In this document: one piece after another, positions 61,939 through 64,000 of the stretch
Position numbering within the stretch: position 1 is the stretch's first letter
How the letters are laid out: each line of letters starts with the position of its first letter
NCBI GenBank assembly: GCA_002269645.1
Contig: NIVC01001057.1
Location: forward strand, 186,001 to 250,000
DNA length: 64,000 bases
Source of the DNA: Macrostomum lignano
Lineage: Eukaryota
Reading direction: 5' to 3'
Translations under genes and position numbers: made by a program
Notes under the pieces: generated by a model
What the model was told of the DNA's origin: nothing
What the model saw: only the letters and a program-made list of their open reading frames with translations
The model's database searches: none

Positions 61939-62649
61939 CCCCGAATTGACGGCGATTCCCGGCTCCAACTCTCAGTGTGTGCGCCGGCTGCGCGCTTCCC
62001 CTGCTTGAGTGGATCATTAGTTAGTGCGCCCTTGTCTGTACTTAACACTTGGCCATGGTGATAATGAATGAAACGGAGACGGCAGGGTGGTTTTTGTTTG
62101 TTGTGACGCACTATGAACTTTCGTATTGTCCCGCCCTAATATTGTTGTACCAAAAATGTGATAACTGACCTTTCGGGGTTTTCTCACTGATTTTCGATGT
62201 ATTTCTGGGGTAAAAAAATCAATTTTAACAATATACAATAGTACAGTTGAACTACTAGTGAGTAGTCTAGTATGTTTATTCGCTTGCTGAACACAGAATT
62301 TAATATTCGACTGCGATCGGAGTTGCGAAAGGTTAACAATTTATCATCTTGCGTGACTACTATTTTTAACAAGCGGCAGGCGGTGCTTCTCGCAGCGCCG
62401 CTGGACCGAAAAATTCTCATTTTTGCGTTGCTATGCTGCTTGTCTTTTTGTGCCACTAATGTTACACACGTAGCTCGTATATACTGCTCTGACACTCCGC
62501 ATCCGCTTCTGCGTGGGCCCGCTTCATTCCTGCGGCTCTGTACCGGCTTTGCTCACACCCCGCGCCCTCCATCACTGCCATGGACCAAGCCTGCGCTTCT
62601 TTCCCCACTGCCTGCACTTTCTGCTTGCATGTCTATTCTCTATCCTGCC

Positions 62650-62850
62650 TTCTCTGACCCCATCTCTACCTTCTCTGATCCCATCTCTACCTTCTCTGAT
62701 CCCATCTCTACCTTCTCTGATCGCATCTCTACCTTCTCTGACCCCATCTCTATCTTCTCTGATCCCATCTCTACCTTCTCTGACCCCATCTCTATCTTCT
62801 CTGACCCCATCTCTATCTTCTCTAACCCTATCTCTACCATCTCTGACTCC
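62650..62850. repeat. 21-bp tandem repeat CCATCTCTACCTTCTCTGACC
   Basis: About 9 units. Confidence 0.88.
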
Positions 62851-63399
62851 ATCTCTACCTCTTCAAATTCCATCTTTTCTCTGATTCGAACTCCATCTGG
62901 TCCTATCTCTAACCTCTCTGATCTCGAGAAGATCCCATTTCTCCTCTCTTCTGATCCTTTTTGTCAGTTACTCTCACTTGGCTGGGAGCTCCGCATTCCA
63001 CTTAGATTAGGCCTGTTTTTCCCCCTGCTCGGCCAACCCAACCCTGCTCTGTAATCCTTGACTGTGCACACAGGCCACAAACACTAATGTTTCTCTCCTC
63101 TCTGCAAGATCCAATGCTATCTGTGCTTTTTAAGACAGCCGTTTTCAATGTTTTATTTGCGCAAAGCAGTATATTAAAAGCAGGAGAAAAAATCATGATT
63201 TGTTTCTGTTTTTGCTTTTGCAGTTTACAATAATTATATTCAATAATTATTTTATTGGCGAGATGCGGAGCGCGAGGATTTGCGGCTCTTTGGCACCGCA
63301 TGTCTCGTATGGCCTTTGTAAACACCCTTGTGTCTTGCCTTTTTATTTTTTACTAGGCTTTTACTTTCTGCCTAGAGATAGAACTTGGTGCAGCTGCCA

Positions 63400-63750
63400 G
63401 CCTCCCAGATCCTCTGGCTGAGCAGCCAGCCTCCCAGATCCTCAGACTGAGCAGCCAGCCTCCCAGATCCTCTGGCTGAGCAGCCAGCCTCCCAGATCCA
63501 CAGGCTGAGCAGCCAGCCTCCCAGATCCTCAGGCTGAGCAGCCAGCATCCCAGATCCTCAGGCTGAGCAGCCACCCTCCCAGATCCTTAGACTGAGCAGC
63601 CAGCCTCCCAGATCCTCAGGCTGAGCAGCCAGCCTCCCAGATCCTCAGACTGAGCAGCCACCCTCCCAGATCCTCAGACTGAGCAGCCAGCCTCCCAGAT
63701 CCTCAGACTGAGCAGCCACCCTCCCAGCTCCTCAGGCTGAGCAGCCAGCT
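63400..63750. repeat. 29-bp tandem repeat GAGCAGCCAGCCTCCCAGATCCTCAGGCT
   Basis: About 12 units. Confidence 0.9.
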
Positions 63751-63856
63751 CCCACAGTCCCAATTATTCCAGCAAGGGGCTCAGCTAGTATCTTACAAGT
63801 GCTTCAATCGCAGCCTCGTCTTTCAGCCCCCAGCCTTAGCGGCCGCCTAATCAGTG

Positions 63857-64000
63857 ATGAAGGTCCGGCTCCGGGAGCGCTGGCAGGTGCTGACTGCCCT
63901 GGCGCTGGTGTTCATCGGGCTGTGCCTGCTGCTGCTGGCCACCGGCTTCACTCCGCTGTACCTGATCAGGCGGAAGCGGGAGCCCGTGCTCAGCCCGCTG
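63857..64000 (+). CDS. 5' end of a probable type II membrane protein (MKVRLRERWQVLTALALVFIGLCLLLLATGFTPLYLIRRKREPVLSPL...), runs off the window
   Basis: ATG 63857, open to the end, basic N-terminus plus single TM, strong GC3 codon bias. Confidence 0.6.
   Translation, partial: MKVRLRERWQVLTALALVFIGLCLLLLATGFTPLYLIRRKREPVLSPL

Noticed and set aside
62050-62200. Possible C/D snoRNA (TGATAA...CTGA)
   Set aside because: Box C is imperfect and I could not identify a terminal stem or guide
62272-63054. 260-aa ORF
   Set aside because: Largely built from a 21-bp repeat and pyrimidine-rich sequence, with no domain signal

Overview
Eukaryotic (animal) genomic DNA with GC-rich, poly-Gln/Ala exons and minisatellite-filled introns. 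The style resembles a Macrostomum-like flatworm assembly, but this is inference and cannot be verified here. (1) Bases 1-37.1 kb form a large inverted duplication: arms 1-14193 and about 23663-37126, a 28-N gap at the inner end of the left arm, and a unique spacer of about 9.4 kb. Each arm holds a complete 4-coding-exon GATA1/2/3-class gene (533 aa). The spacer plus the start of the right arm hold a complete 5-exon Pax2/5/8 gene (599 aa) lying tail-to-tail with GATA. The duplication may be an assembly or haplotype artefact. (2) A two-exon clan-2-like cytochrome P450 on the minus strand (39259-44348) lacks the I-helix Thr. (3) A 10.7-kb Ty3/Gypsy LTR retrotransposon (46508-57208; near-identical LTRs, CTCC target duplication) is the most unusual object. 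After correcting seven same-direction single-base frameshifts it reads as one polyprotein of about 2,446 aa in the order Gag - gB/class-III-like envelope - protease - RT - RNase H - integrase, so env lies BETWEEN gag and pol. The Env tail carries LYPxI, PTAP and PPxY late-domain motifs, and a small 3' ORF encodes a predicted myristoylated, degenerate RING protein. (4) An AT-rich block and two short signal-anchor ORFs end the window. All motif assignments were made by eye; no database search was run.
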